Translations under genes and position numbers: made by a program | Shown here: piece after piece, positions 16,541-26,294 of the stretch | Position numbering within the stretch: position 1 is the first letter of the stretch | How the letters are laid out: every line of letters begins with the position of its first letter | DNA from: a virus | Lineage: Duplodnaviria > Caudoviricetes | Virus record (IMG/VR): IMGVR_UViG_2767802108_000001 | Coordinates: 1 to 64,000 of that record | DNA: 64,000 nucleotides | Direction: 5' to 3' (one strand) | Notes under the pieces: model-generated | The model's input: the letters and a program-made list of their open reading frames with translations, nothing else | Database searches by the model: none | Told to the model about the DNA's origin: nothing

Positions 16541-17611
16541 TCAGGACGGTGGTACGGCCATGGCGCATTCGATGCAGCGGCCTCGGTAGCGGCTGGGGTG
16601 GTCTGGGCACCGCTCCCGGCCGTCACCGCCCGCCGTGGCCCCGGTGCGGGCGCGGACGCGGTCGTAGAGGCGAAGGTCCTCGATCCAGCCGGGCAGGCAC
16701 CTCACCCAGGACTTGGCGCCACCGGTGTTGCGGAAGATCTCCGCTTCAAGGAGTGCCCGCTGCGTGTCGTCCAGGTCTTCGAGGGGCGGCCAGTTCTGCT
16801 TGCGCATCGTGCGGAGCAGACGGGGCGCCTGCTTGCGGGCTGTGGCTCCACCGGCCTGCCATCGCTGCATCTGTTGCAGGAAGGCTTCGGCGCGGCGGAG
16901 GTCCTCGGGAGAGGACTCCGGCCCCTCCTCCGTCTGTGACGGCTTGCCGCCCGTGGGGCGTGTGAGGGGGTAGGGGGAGGAGGAATCCTCCTCCTCCGGG
17001 GGGTGTGGGGGGTGGAACCCATTGGTGCCACGTGGTGCGACCTGCGGTTTTGTTCCATTGACCACCTGTGGCGACTTACCACATGTGGCCATTGATGCAA
17101 CGTGGTTTGAGCTGGGCTTTTCCCCATTGACCGCCTGTGGCGATTCACCACGTGTGGCCATTGGTGCCACGTGGTGCGACCTGCGGATTTCCTCTGTGCC
17201 CGGAATGACCGGAACCCACGACTCAGACGGCTGCGGCTGATCGCTTCGGCGCTGCGAGACGGAGTACTGGATGCCCACCGCGGTACCGTCCTCGCCGCGA
17301 AGCCGGTTGACGGTGACGTACCCCGCGTCGCGGATGATGCCGATCTCTCGGCGAACAACCTTGGCCCCCAACGGCTTGCCGTTGGCGCCCTTCCAGCCGA
17401 GCTTCTCGTACCAGTCGACGAGGAACGGGATGTCGAAGGTGGCGTCGGTTGGAAGGAACCAGAGGGACTGGAGCACGGTGATCGTGAGTGGCTGCCACCC
17501 GTGCGAGAAGAAGGTCTCGTCGGTCATGGTGACGTGCGGAGCGAACTCCGAGGCACGCTTGAACGTTTCGCGGACTTCCAGGCCATCCTGGCCGACGGAC
17601 TCGGCACTCAC
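16541..17611 (-). CDS. Phage replication initiator (lambda O-like) with internal repeats
   Basis: N-terminal wHTH-like region, repeated central segment, C-terminal CPDH...CIEC; directly upstream of dnaB. Confidence 0.75.
   Translation of the reverse strand: MSAESVGQDGLEVRETFKRASEFAPHVTMTDETFFSHGWQPLTITVLQSLWFLPTDATFDIPFLVDWYEKLGWKGANGKPLGAKVVRREIGIIRDAGYVTVNRLRGEDGTAVGIQYSVSQRRSDQPQPSESWVPVIPGTEEIRRSHHVAPMATRGESPQAVNGEKPSSNHVASMATCGKSPQVVNGTKPQVAPRGTNGFHPPHPPEEEDSSSPYPLTRPTGGKPSQTEEGPESSPEDLRRAEAFLQQMQRWQAGGATARKQAPRLLRTMRKQNWPPLEDLDDTQRALLEAEIFRNTGGAKSWVRCLPGWIEDLRLYDRVRARTGATAGGDGRERCPDHPSRYRGRCIECAMAVPPS
17019..17186. repeat. Iteron array / probable replication origin within the initiator gene
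   Basis: CCATTG at 17019, 17055, 17089, 17124, 17158 (~35-bp period); identical 29-mers at 17019 and 17158. Confidence 0.75.
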
Positions 17612-17965
17612 CAGGTCCTCCCCTTCGCGTTGGCGGAGGAGGAAGCGGTGCCAAATACGGCAATGCCGGAAGTGGCTCCCACCAGCAGCAACCCGGTGAC
17701 AAGCCCGGTGTACTCGCCCTGGTTAGTCATCGCGATGCCTCTGCCGTGCGGAGGATCGTCAGGGGGTACTTGTCACGAACCGCGTGACAACGGGTACTCT
17801 CCATCGTGGAGGCCCTTCCTCGAAGCTATAAGGGATCTTCACTCGCCAGCGGGCTGCGATCCGCTGGTACTGCTTGGACGGCCGGTGGGAGATCGCTGCG
17901 ATCTCTAGCCGGCCGTTCCGCATATCCGGGCCTGCGGCTGCGAACACAGGCGGTCGGTTACGGGA

Positions 17966-18274
17966 TCATTCTTCCGGTTCGCGTGCGGTTCGTTCCCCCC
18001 GCGCGGGGCCGCGCCCCTTGGGCGGGTACTTCTCCAGGTACTTCAGGAGGCGAGCGGTGCGCATCATGCGTGTCCTGCCCGCTACCAGGTAAGGCTCCTG
18101 GCCGGGCCCGTCGCCGAACGGCCAGCGCTGCTTAGCGGGCGTTGTTTTGCCGTTCCTGGCGGTCGCCATATGGCGGAGGCCGCGGGGGGTCATGGAGCCG
18201 ACGATTCCCCGTCTGACCAGCAGGTCTGCGGCGTCGGTGAACGAGATGTAGGCGGGGTCCTTGCGCTCGGTCAC
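17966..18274 (-). CDS. HTH DNA-binding protein (Cro/Xis-like)
   Basis: ISFTDAADLL...MTPRGLRHMA...WPFG. Confidence 0.65.
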   Translation of the reverse strand: MTERKDPAYISFTDAADLLVRRGIVGSMTPRGLRHMATARNGKTTPAKQRWPFGDGPGQEPYLVAGRTRMMRTARLLKYLEKYPPKGRGPARGERTAREPEE

Positions 18275-18429
18275 GGGCGCACCCCAGGGCGAGTACTTCC
18301 GTCCGAGGGAAGCCGGGATAGAGTCATGGCGAATCTCCTAGCGGGGATTCCCTACTGCCGAAGTCTTCGCAGGGCCCGGCACGTAGGGCGGCCGGCCGTG
18401 CCGCTGGTGCGGTCGGCCGTAAAACGGTT

Positions 18430-19161
18430 CTACTCCTGAGGCCGAAGAGACGTGGTCCAACGCAAGATCGTCGAACCCTGGGCAACCTTCACAGCCACCT
18501 CAACGATCCGACCATCCTCCAGCGTCACTGTACGAACCACCTGCGTCACAACGACCTCGCCCGCGGTCAGCCCGAGGGCCTCCTTCTCCGCGGCCGTGGC
18601 GTGCCGACTGGTGACCTCCTCCAGCACCTGATCCTGGGCCACGCCCAGCCGTGACGCTGCAAGCTCCCGCGACGCGCCGGTAGACACCGGCTCCGTCAGC
18701 TCGGGAGTCACCGCGATCACATAGGCCGGGTAGTAGCTGCTGCTCAGGTGGATCGGGAGACCGTTCCGGCTGACCACTCGCCGGCGTACCTGAACCGGCG
18801 TGCCAGGGGCCACGTCGAGCCGTGACGCCACCAGTTCGTCGGCGCCGGTGGTTCCGACCTCCAGGATTCGCGACTCCTCACCGCCATCGAGAGCGCTACC
18901 GGTAGCCGCGTGCAAAGCCAGGCGGGTGCCGATGTTGTTGCTGACGGGGCTGGATACGACTGTCCCCACTCCAACCTTGGAGTGCGTCAGCCCTTCCATC
19001 TTGAGGACCCGGTAGGCGCGGTTCACGGTCGTGTGCGCCACGCCGAACTGCTCGCTAGCCGCCTTGAAGCTCGGCAGGGTGTCGCCGGGCCTCAGCGTCC
19101 CGTCGCGGATCTGCCGACGGAAGTGCTGAGCGATCTCCGCGTATCCGGGGGTGTCGCGCAT
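18430..19161 (-). CDS. GntR/HutC-family repressor with UTRA domain (KorA/KorSA/TraR-like)
   Basis: YAEIAQHFRRQIRDGTLRPGDTLPS...TVNRAYRVLKMEGL; divergent from the transfer operon. Confidence 0.92.
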   Translation of the reverse strand: MRDTPGYAEIAQHFRRQIRDGTLRPGDTLPSFKAASEQFGVAHTTVNRAYRVLKMEGLTHSKVGVGTVVSSPVSNNIGTRLALHAATGSALDGGEESRILEVGTTGADELVASRLDVAPGTPVQVRRRVVSRNGLPIHLSSSYYPAYVIAVTPELTEPVSTGASRELAASRLGVAQDQVLEEVTSRHATAAEKEALGLTAGEVVVTQVVRTVTLEDGRIVEVAVKVAQGSTILRWTTSLRPQE

Positions 19162-19241
19162 GGTCGACCTCCTCTCTCTGTCGTTAGCTGCCGCGCTCGT
19201 GGAGTACGGCGGTACACCCCTGAGGTTAGCCGAAAGAAACC

Positions 19242-19284
19242 CCGAGCGCGAGTACTAGCGCTCGGAGCGCGAGGACGCTACATT
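19242..19284 (+). promoter_or_regulatory. Palindromic operator and -10 for the transfer operon
   Basis: CCGAGCGC-gagtacta-GCGCTCGG (19242-19265); TACATT 19279-19284. Confidence 0.55.
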
Positions 19285-19408
19285 GGGTGTCGTCGGGAAG
19301 AACGGAACCCCGGAAACGCCAAAACGGCCTGGGTGGTTGCACACCCAGGCCGTCCAGGGGCCCCGTAGGACCCGGCACTCGCTACCCGCCAAACCAGGAG
19401 CGACTGCC

Positions 19409-19573
19409 ATGCAGAACCGTATCCGACCGGTACAGCACTCCACCACGAGCACCACGCAGGCCGACGAGGCTCTGCACCGCGTCCGCGTCAGCAAGCCGTC
19501 CACCGAGCCGCTTCCGACCGCCGGCCTCGCCGCGCTGAAGCGCCTGGAGCAGGCCCTCAAGGCGGTGGCGTGA
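19409..19573 (+). CDS. Small hypothetical protein
   Basis: AGGAG RBS; coupled to the next gene. Confidence 0.55.
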   Translation: MQNRIRPVQHSTTSTTQADEALHRVRVSKPSTEPLPTAGLAALKRLEQALKAVA

Positions 19574-19950
19574 TGAACCGCGAGAACCCCAACGAGAACG
19601 ACCTGCGTCTCCTCGCGTTCATGGAGCAGATCCTCAACCTGTCCGACGACACCAACACCGCAGGACGGATCATCCTCCTCGGCCCGACCGGCGAGGTCGC
19701 CGCCGACGCCTCCCTGTCCGCCCGCGACCTTGAGATCGCGACGAAGGCACTGGCCGCCGCACGGGCGTTCACGGAGGCCACCAAGGGCCTCGACTTCCCG
19801 GCCGACGCCGCCCTGGACCCGGTCCTGGAGCAGGACCTGGAGGAGCACTGCATCGGCCTCGACACGGACTTCCTCATGCAGCTCGCCGCCGAGGACCCGC
19901 GTAGGGCAGTTGCCGCGTTCGACGAGATCACCGAAGAGGGCGAGCTGTGA
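19570..19950 (+). CDS. Hypothetical acidic protein
   Basis: High-GC3 ORF in operon. Confidence 0.7.
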   Translation: MMNRENPNENDLRLLAFMEQILNLSDDTNTAGRIILLGPTGEVAADASLSARDLEIATKALAAARAFTEATKGLDFPADAALDPVLEQDLEEHCIGLDTDFLMQLAAEDPRRAVAAFDEITEEGEL

Positions 19951-20336
19951 TGCACGTCCACACCGGCGACAACGCCGTCCCCCCGATCCACGGCACCGAC
20001 CTCGGCGACACCCTCGAAGACCTCGAAAGCGTCCACGCCGGCATCGATTTGATCCGCGACGGCCTGCGCCTCCTCGCCCTGAGTCGGCACGACCTCAACC
20101 AGACGCAGGTACTCCTCGCCACCCTCGTCGGCTCCCCGGACAGCACCGACGTCCTCGGCGCCCTCGCCCACCTCATCGCCCGCCTCACGAACCCCGATTC
20201 GAACCCCTGCCTGCGCAGCCTGCCCCTCGACCAGCAGAAGGAGGCCACCCACCAGGGCTGGCTGACCGCCCACCACCTCACCGACCCCGACCTCCGCACC
20301 AGCACCTCAACCGCCTGCGCCGCACTCGACCAGTAA
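19947..20336 (+). CDS. Hypothetical protein
   Basis: Coupled ORF. Confidence 0.7.
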   Translation: MMHVHTGDNAVPPIHGTDLGDTLEDLESVHAGIDLIRDGLRLLALSRHDLNQTQVLLATLVGSPDSTDVLGALAHLIARLTNPDSNPCLRSLPLDQQKEATHQGWLTAHHLTDPDLRTSTSTACAALDQ

Positions 20337-20348
20337 GGACCCCACACC

Positions 20349-20576
20349 ATGCGACTCCTCACCCGCCGCCGCCCGCCCCGCTACACCCCTGAGCAGCGCG
20401 CCCGCCTTGCCCGCCAGTACGACGGTCTCGCCCGTCACGACGACAAGGTCGCCCGCCAGCTCGAAGACCTCGGCCGCGCTGACGAAGCCGCCATCCACCG
20501 CCGCACCGCCGCCGAGTGGCGCGACCGGGCGGAAGCCGCCCGCACCAGCAGCCGCGCCCTCGAACTCCTCACCTGA
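20349..20576 (+). CDS. Hypothetical helical protein
   Basis: TAAGGA RBS. Confidence 0.65.
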   Translation: MRLLTRRRPPRYTPEQRARLARQYDGLARHDDKVARQLEDLGRADEAAIHRRTAAEWRDRAEAARTSSRALELLT

Positions 20577-20630
20577 CCCTCCAACCACAGGACCGAACCT
20601 CCTCGACCACCAGCTCAGAAGGGACCCGGC

Positions 20631-20825
20631 ATGAGCCTCCGCAACGAACTCCGCAAGATCGCCTCCTTCCACACCGAACAGGCCAACCACCTCGAACGCA
20701 GCAGCAGCGAGGACGCCCTCTACAGCGAGAGGGAGGAGACCACGCGCCGAGCCGACCGAGCCAACGCCATCACCAGTCACCGCCAGAGGGCAGCAGCCCT
20801 AAATGCCGAAGCCGACCAGATCTGA
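20631..20825 (+). CDS. Hypothetical helical protein
   Basis: GAAGGGA RBS. Confidence 0.65.
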   Translation: MSLRNELRKIASFHTEQANHLERSSSEDALYSEREETTRRADRANAITSHRQRAAALNAEADQI

Positions 20826-20982
20826 CCCTCCGACCGGGGTCCGGCCCCCGACACCCCCCGCGGGGACCGGACCCCCACCCTCTGGCCCTGCCGGAGGCCG
20901 TACCGCTGACAACCCCCACAGCGGTACGGCGCCCAGCACGACCAGCGACCACCCGCCCGAACCAGCACCGGAAGGAACCGCA

Positions 20983-21189
20983 GTGAACAAGCCCACCGGC
21001 ACCCAGATCTTCATCTGGGCCACCGCGATCGCGGTCACCGCCCGCATCGTCTGGACCATCACCCATCACAACGTCCCCATCTCGGCCACCATCACGATCA
21101 CCATCTCCGTGCTCTACGCGATGAAGGCCAGCGCGGAGAACATCGCCCGCATCGTCGCCGAGGCCCGACGCCAGGGAGTCACCCGATGA
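20983..21189 (+). CDS. Small membrane protein
   Basis: GAAGGAA RBS plus GTG; two hydrophobic segments. Confidence 0.6.
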   Translation: MNKPTGTQIFIWATAIAVTARIVWTITHHNVPISATITITISVLYAMKASAENIARIVAEARRQGVTR

Positions 21190-21803
21190 CCGGCCCCGAG
21201 TTCCCCCTCACCCGGCAGCAGGCACTCCTCCTCACCGCCCACCACGAAGCCGCCCACGCCGTCATCGCCCACCACAAGGGAATCCAGCTCATCTCCCTCC
21301 ACCTCGACAACACCGGCGACGCGGACACCTGGCACGTCGGCGGAATCACCCACGTCATCTACCACCCGTCCCTTGCCGCCCAGTTCGCCACTCAAGGAGC
21401 AGCAGGCGAGATCGCAGCCCTGAAGTGGCTCGACGACCACGGCCTGCGAACCCCCGCCACCGAAGACCTCGCCAACGCCGACCACGACCGTGACGACGTC
21501 CTCAGCCTCACCGCGAAGGACGGAATCCGCATCGACTGGTCCGCCGCGCAGCACCGTGCCCAAACCCTGGTCCGGTCGCTGTGGCCGCAGATCAGTGCCG
21601 TCGCCCACGCCGCCGCAGAGTCGGGCGACCTGACCAGTGCACAGGTGATCGAGCTGATCACGACCCGCAGCGCTCTCGGCTTCCGTCAGCAGCACGGCGC
21701 TCTGGAGTCCTGGACAACCGCCGACTTCGAAACCGAGATCAACCTCGCCGAGATCGACGCCCTCACCCCCACCGACCCGGACAACCTCACCACCGCCGCC
21801 TGA
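21186..21803 (+). CDS. Stand-alone M41/FtsH-like HEXXH peptidase domain
   Basis: TAHHEAAHAVIA, AAGEIA, D..D, W..I.AVA.A...G.L. Confidence 0.75.
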   Translation: MTGPEFPLTRQQALLLTAHHEAAHAVIAHHKGIQLISLHLDNTGDADTWHVGGITHVIYHPSLAAQFATQGAAGEIAALKWLDDHGLRTPATEDLANADHDRDDVLSLTAKDGIRIDWSAAQHRAQTLVRSLWPQISAVAHAAAESGDLTSAQVIELITTRSALGFRQQHGALESWTTADFETEINLAEIDALTPTDPDNLTTAA

Positions 21804-21824
21804 ACCCCGGAAGGACCACCGCCC

Positions 21825-22043
21825 ATGGCCACCACCGACCAGCTCATCGACCAGGCCCTCAACGCCCTCAACCCGAAGACCGGCTTCCACGAGCCCAACC
21901 CGCAACAGGCCCACGAAGCCACCGCCCGCGCGAACATCGCCATCGCCTCCGCCCTCACCCGCATCGCCAGCGCCCTCGAACAGATCGCCCACAACCACAA
22001 CGCCGACAACACCGTCCAGCCGGCCATCCACCACACCGCCTGA
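21825..22043 (+). CDS. Hypothetical protein
   Basis: GAAGGA RBS. Confidence 0.6.
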   Translation: MATTDQLIDQALNALNPKTGFHEPNPQQAHEATARANIAIASALTRIASALEQIAHNHNADNTVQPAIHHTA

Positions 22044-22082
22044 ACAACCGCCCCCACCCACACCCGGAAGGAACCGATCACC

Positions 22083-22982
22083 GTGACCACCGCCGCCCGG
22101 CCGTCCGCCAGAACGATCGGCATCATCGACCGAGCCCTCGGCACCATCGCCTGGGCCTCCCAACTTGGTGTAGCCGTTCTCTACCTGGCCATCACCGCTC
22201 AGCCGGCCGTGTGGCGTCCCATGCTCGACAATGACCCGGTCCCCGCCATCTCCGCCTGGGGATTCGTCATCGGCATGACGCTCATCTGGATGAGTAGCCT
22301 CCACCAAGAACAGGTCTGGTTCTACAACCGCCGCGTACGACGCAACCACCGCAAGACCTGGGCCGTTGGCCACGTCAGCGTCCTGTTCTTTGCGGCTTTG
22401 TCCGCCTCCGCGCACGATGAGCGAATCGGCATGTGGATCATCCTCGGTATGGGGACGCTGATCTCCCTCATGACCTGGTCCGCCTGGATGCGCACCAAGG
22501 AGCTACCCGCCGAGGATCAGGCCGTCATCGACGCCATCCACGACCGCGAGACACAGGAGGCCGCAGCCGCCTTCGACGTCAGTGAGAAGGAACACCGCCG
22601 CAACCGCCTGAACGCCATCGTGACCAGCCTCGGCTATCAACTCACCGACACCCTCACCCCGTCCACCGTGCAGGACGAACAGGCGGACAATCGCTGGCAG
22701 ATCCCGGTCCGCAAGCACGCACCCCTGGTCTACTTCATCCGCAACGGCAACCGCATCAAGATCGGCACCACCACCGACCTGAAGCGCCGTATCCGCACCC
22801 TCGCGCTCCGCGCAGAGAACGTCGCCCTCCTTCTGGACGGCGGCAAGCCCCTTGAGCGGAAGCACCACCATCAGTTCGCCGACCTGCGCATCGGCAACAC
22901 CGAATGGTTCGCCTACGAAGGCGCCCTCGTCGACTTCATCGCCGACCAGAACCGACTCGCCCGAAAGGAAGAGGCCAAGTGA
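22083..22982 (+). CDS. Multi-TM membrane protein fused to a GIY-YIG (T5orf172-like) domain
   Basis: Four hydrophobic helices, then VYFIRNGNRIKIGTT...ER..H..F...RI..TEWF. Confidence 0.8.
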   Translation: MTTAARPSARTIGIIDRALGTIAWASQLGVAVLYLAITAQPAVWRPMLDNDPVPAISAWGFVIGMTLIWMSSLHQEQVWFYNRRVRRNHRKTWAVGHVSVLFFAALSASAHDERIGMWIILGMGTLISLMTWSAWMRTKELPAEDQAVIDAIHDRETQEAAAAFDVSEKEHRRNRLNAIVTSLGYQLTDTLTPSTVQDEQADNRWQIPVRKHAPLVYFIRNGNRIKIGTTTDLKRRIRTLALRAENVALLLDGGKPLERKHHHQFADLRIGNTEWFAYEGALVDFIADQNRLARKEEAK

Positions 22983-23887
22983 ACACCACCACCGCCAAGA
23001 CGTCGCCCCTCATCAAGCTCGCCGCCCTCCTGTCCTTCGGCTCCCTCATCTGGACGACGTGGAGCCTGTTCGACCTCCTCGGAGCCGGCCCCGCCGGAAT
23101 CACCGTCGCCGCATGCGCCGACGCCGTCTGGGGATCCGTCATCTACGCCGAATACCGCAGCGTCCGCCTCGCCGGCCGCAGGTGGCCCGTCGCCCTCTTC
23201 GGATGGGCCGCCCTCCTCGCCGTCTCCGTCTTCCTCGTCTGGCACGGCCTCGCCGACAACAACCTCGCCATGGCCTACGCCGGCCCCTTCCTCCCCCTCG
23301 GAGCCAAGGTCGTCTGGGCACTGGCGCTTGCCGACATGCGCGACCCCGCCGCACTCACCGACGCAGAGAAGGCCACCCTCGCCGAGATGGAGCGCGGCCT
23401 CGTCTTCGAAGAGGCACAGCACGCCGCGGAGATGCGGCGCCGCACGATGCGCGCCGAACTTCTCATCGCAGAAGTGTCCACGGACTTCGACATCGAGGTG
23501 ACGCGGCAGGACCGGGCACGGGAGCTTCAGAGGCGCCGCCCGCTCGAGCTGACCGTCGCATCGGAGACCGTGGAGCGCACTGAAGCGGTCGGTGAAACCG
23601 CAGATCAGGCCGATGAAGCGCCGCAGTCGCGCGTGTCACTTGCTTCCGCTGAGACGCCCCGCATCATCCGTGAGGCGCCCCTGCTGCGCGACAGTGAGGC
23701 GCTCCCGCTTCAGGGCGTGTCGAAGGCTGAAGCGGTCCGTATCGTCCGTGCGGCGGACCCCGGCGCTTCAGCGCCGCAGATCGTGAAGCGCCTCGCGCAG
23801 CAGGGAATCGAAGCGGACGCTGGATACGTCCGCACCGTCTTGGCCCGTAGTAAGCAGCGCAACATTACCGACGGGGGCTACCTGTGA
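22979..23887 (+). CDS. SpdB-like plasmid spread/transfer membrane protein with C-terminal HTH
   Basis: Four TM helices, coiled coil, SKAEAVR...YVRTVL HTH. Confidence 0.7.
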   Translation: MNTTTAKTSPLIKLAALLSFGSLIWTTWSLFDLLGAGPAGITVAACADAVWGSVIYAEYRSVRLAGRRWPVALFGWAALLAVSVFLVWHGLADNNLAMAYAGPFLPLGAKVVWALALADMRDPAALTDAEKATLAEMERGLVFEEAQHAAEMRRRTMRAELLIAEVSTDFDIEVTRQDRARELQRRRPLELTVASETVERTEAVGETADQADEAPQSRVSLASAETPRIIREAPLLRDSEALPLQGVSKAEAVRIVRAADPGASAPQIVKRLAQQGIEADAGYVRTVLARSKQRNITDGGYL

Positions 23888-24080
23888 GCCCGCGTCACAC
23901 GATCACGGAGCCGCGGACGGGCACCCCGTCCGCAGCCCCCCGCCGGGCCACCCCGCTGGCGCCCGCCGTCCAGCCCGTTATCACCGCCCCGGGTTGGCCG
24001 TCCCGCTGGCACCTGATCACCCCCGCCAAGGCCCGCAACACCGCCGCCGCCCTCAGCAGCATGGAAAGGAAGTGAAGGAG

Positions 24081-26294
24081 GTGAGCGCCGACACGATTAC
24101 CTCGATCAACCCCGGCAACCCCGGCCCCGCACCCATCACACTGGGTGACAGTACGGGCGGCGGGGCGGGGCGGGGCGGAAGCCAGGACAGCCCCCAGGGC
24201 CCCCTCGTGGTCGTCCAGCAGCCCCGCAACCCTTCCCCGCCCCGCCCCGCCCCCACCGCAAACCGAAACAACACCGACAACACACTCCGAAACGGATACG
24301 CCGCAATCTCACACAGCGTGAGCGGCGAAACCGCGGCCATCGGCATCGGATTCCTCACCGCCGGCCCCGTCGGCGCCATCATCGGCGGCGCCACCCTGCC
24401 CGTCCTCGTCGCCGCCTCCATGTGGCGGGCCCGCCGCCGCGAACACGACGACAACACCAACAACAACTCCACCAGCAACGACTCCGACGGCTCGAAGTCC
24501 GGCCGTGACCGGTCCGGCTCCGGTGGTGGAAGCGGCCGTGGTCGCGGCAACGGATCTGGCGGGGGAGGAGGCGGCCACCGGACGCCCAACGGTTCCGGTG
24601 GCGGCGGCCGTCACAAGACGCCGAAGAGCCCCGGCTCCGGCAAGGGCCCCGGCACCGGCAACAGCGGCCTGGGCGGTGGCGGGAAAAACCGCAAGCCGAA
24701 GGTGAAGGACCCGGTCGCCGACAAGCTGGCCAAGACGGGCAAGGGCCTCGCCGACAAGCTCAAGAACCGCGGCGACAAGACTGGCAAGGGAATGAAGGAC
24801 GGCCTTGTCGACGGATCCAAGGCCCTGAAGAACGATGCGAAGAAGCTGAAGGACAAGCTCGGCCGTAGGAAGAACGGCAAGGGCGGTGACACCACGTGGA
24901 CGTCCTCGCCCGACGGGCTCGACCCGAAGGTCAAGAAGGACAAGAAGAACCGCGACCGCAAGGGCAAGGGCAAGGGCGTCGGCAACGACGTTGCGTCTTC
25001 GACCGCTCGAGACGGCCTGGACCCGAAGGGGCCCAAGGACGGCCACGGTGACAACCTGCCGCCGAAGCCCGATCACGACCCGGACGAGTACATCGACGCC
25101 GAAATCGTCGACGACGGCCTGCCCCCCAAGCCGACCCACGCCCCCGACGACGTCATCGACGGCGAAGTCATCGACGAAGACCGCATCGCCCTCGTCAAAG
25201 CCCGCCGGGAAAAGCAGGCCCGCCGCCAGGCCATCACCGCCGGCAAGAAAGCCGAGAAGGACGCCGCCCGCGACGGCACCATGGGCGACCCCATCAAGGT
25301 CAAGGCCGAACGGATCCGCTGGGAGAACCAGCGGATCGACTACGAGTTGAACAGAGCCGAACAGCTGCTCGCGCTCGCGGCATCCACGGAACAGCGAAGG
25401 AGCACCCCCGTGACCTACCCCGTACCCGTCATCCAGGCCGCAGGCACCCGCACGGCTGGCGTCGCGGTAGCCCGGCAGATCGACGTCCGCGGCGCTCTCA
25501 CCTACCGGCTCCTGGTCGCCATGGCCGAACAGCTCGCCAACGGACTCCACAACGACGCCGACGCCGACATGGCCGACCACGTCGTGGAACTCGTCGGGAT
25601 CCCCGCCATGTGCCGCAACCTCGCCCTCGCCGTCCGTGAAGCCGCGAACGCCCTCCAGAAGACCGCACCGCTCCACCCGTCCGTCATCAAGCACCTCAAC
25701 AACGCCGCCGTGTCCGCACTAACCGCCGCCCGCATGGCCGACACAATCCTCGCCGTGTTCGTCCAGGCCCACCGCGCCGACATCTACCGCGTCATGGAGC
25801 CCCGCCTCGGCGAGGAGCGGTGGAACATCCGCAATGCCGCCGGAACCCTCGACGCAGCCAAGCTCCGCGCCGCGATCCTGTCCGCCGGCCAGCAGCGCCT
25901 CGCCCTCCCCGGCGGCAGCAGCACCAACACGTCCAGCCCGGCCGGGAAACTCGTCCCCGCCTCCGGGGAGAGCACCAAGAAGCTCATCAACGTCATGAAG
26001 GGCTTCGACCGCGGCCACATGGTCACCTGCCTGTCCGAAGTCGCCGGCACCGCCCGCGGTATCGACATCGTCGCCGACGCCATCAACAAGCTGTACCGGC
26101 GCATGGCCAACACCTGGCCCACCGAGAACGTCGTCGACGACACCGTCCGGGCCACCGCCTCCAAGGTCAAGAACATCTCCGCGGAACTCCACAAGGCCAT
26201 CAAGGCCGCCCAGCGCGCCCACGCCCGCGAACTGAAGCTCAACGCCAAGCCCCGGAAGGGCGCCAACGCCGAGAAGAAGTGGGACGTCGTCTGA
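24081..26294 (+). CDS. Large transfer-associated protein (TM, Gly/Lys-rich region, two helical repeats)
   Basis: AAGGAG plus GTG; TGATG-coupled to traB. Confidence 0.7.
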   Translation: MSADTITSINPGNPGPAPITLGDSTGGGAGRGGSQDSPQGPLVVVQQPRNPSPPRPAPTANRNNTDNTLRNGYAAISHSVSGETAAIGIGFLTAGPVGAIIGGATLPVLVAASMWRARRREHDDNTNNNSTSNDSDGSKSGRDRSGSGGGSGRGRGNGSGGGGGGHRTPNGSGGGGRHKTPKSPGSGKGPGTGNSGLGGGGKNRKPKVKDPVADKLAKTGKGLADKLKNRGDKTGKGMKDGLVDGSKALKNDAKKLKDKLGRRKNGKGGDTTWTSSPDGLDPKVKKDKKNRDRKGKGKGVGNDVASSTARDGLDPKGPKDGHGDNLPPKPDHDPDEYIDAEIVDDGLPPKPTHAPDDVIDGEVIDEDRIALVKARREKQARRQAITAGKKAEKDAARDGTMGDPIKVKAERIRWENQRIDYELNRAEQLLALAASTEQRRSTPVTYPVPVIQAAGTRTAGVAVARQIDVRGALTYRLLVAMAEQLANGLHNDADADMADHVVELVGIPAMCRNLALAVREAANALQKTAPLHPSVIKHLNNAAVSALTAARMADTILAVFVQAHRADIYRVMEPRLGEERWNIRNAAGTLDAAKLRAAILSAGQQRLALPGGSSTNTSSPAGKLVPASGESTKKLINVMKGFDRGHMVTCLSEVAGTARGIDIVADAINKLYRRMANTWPTENVVDDTVRATASKVKNISAELHKAIKAAQRAHARELKLNAKPRKGANAEKKWDVV

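Noticed and set aside
18001-18010. GCGCGGGGCC copy of the late-promoter motif
   Set aside because: It lies inside a coding region on the opposite strand, with no -10 or downstream start.
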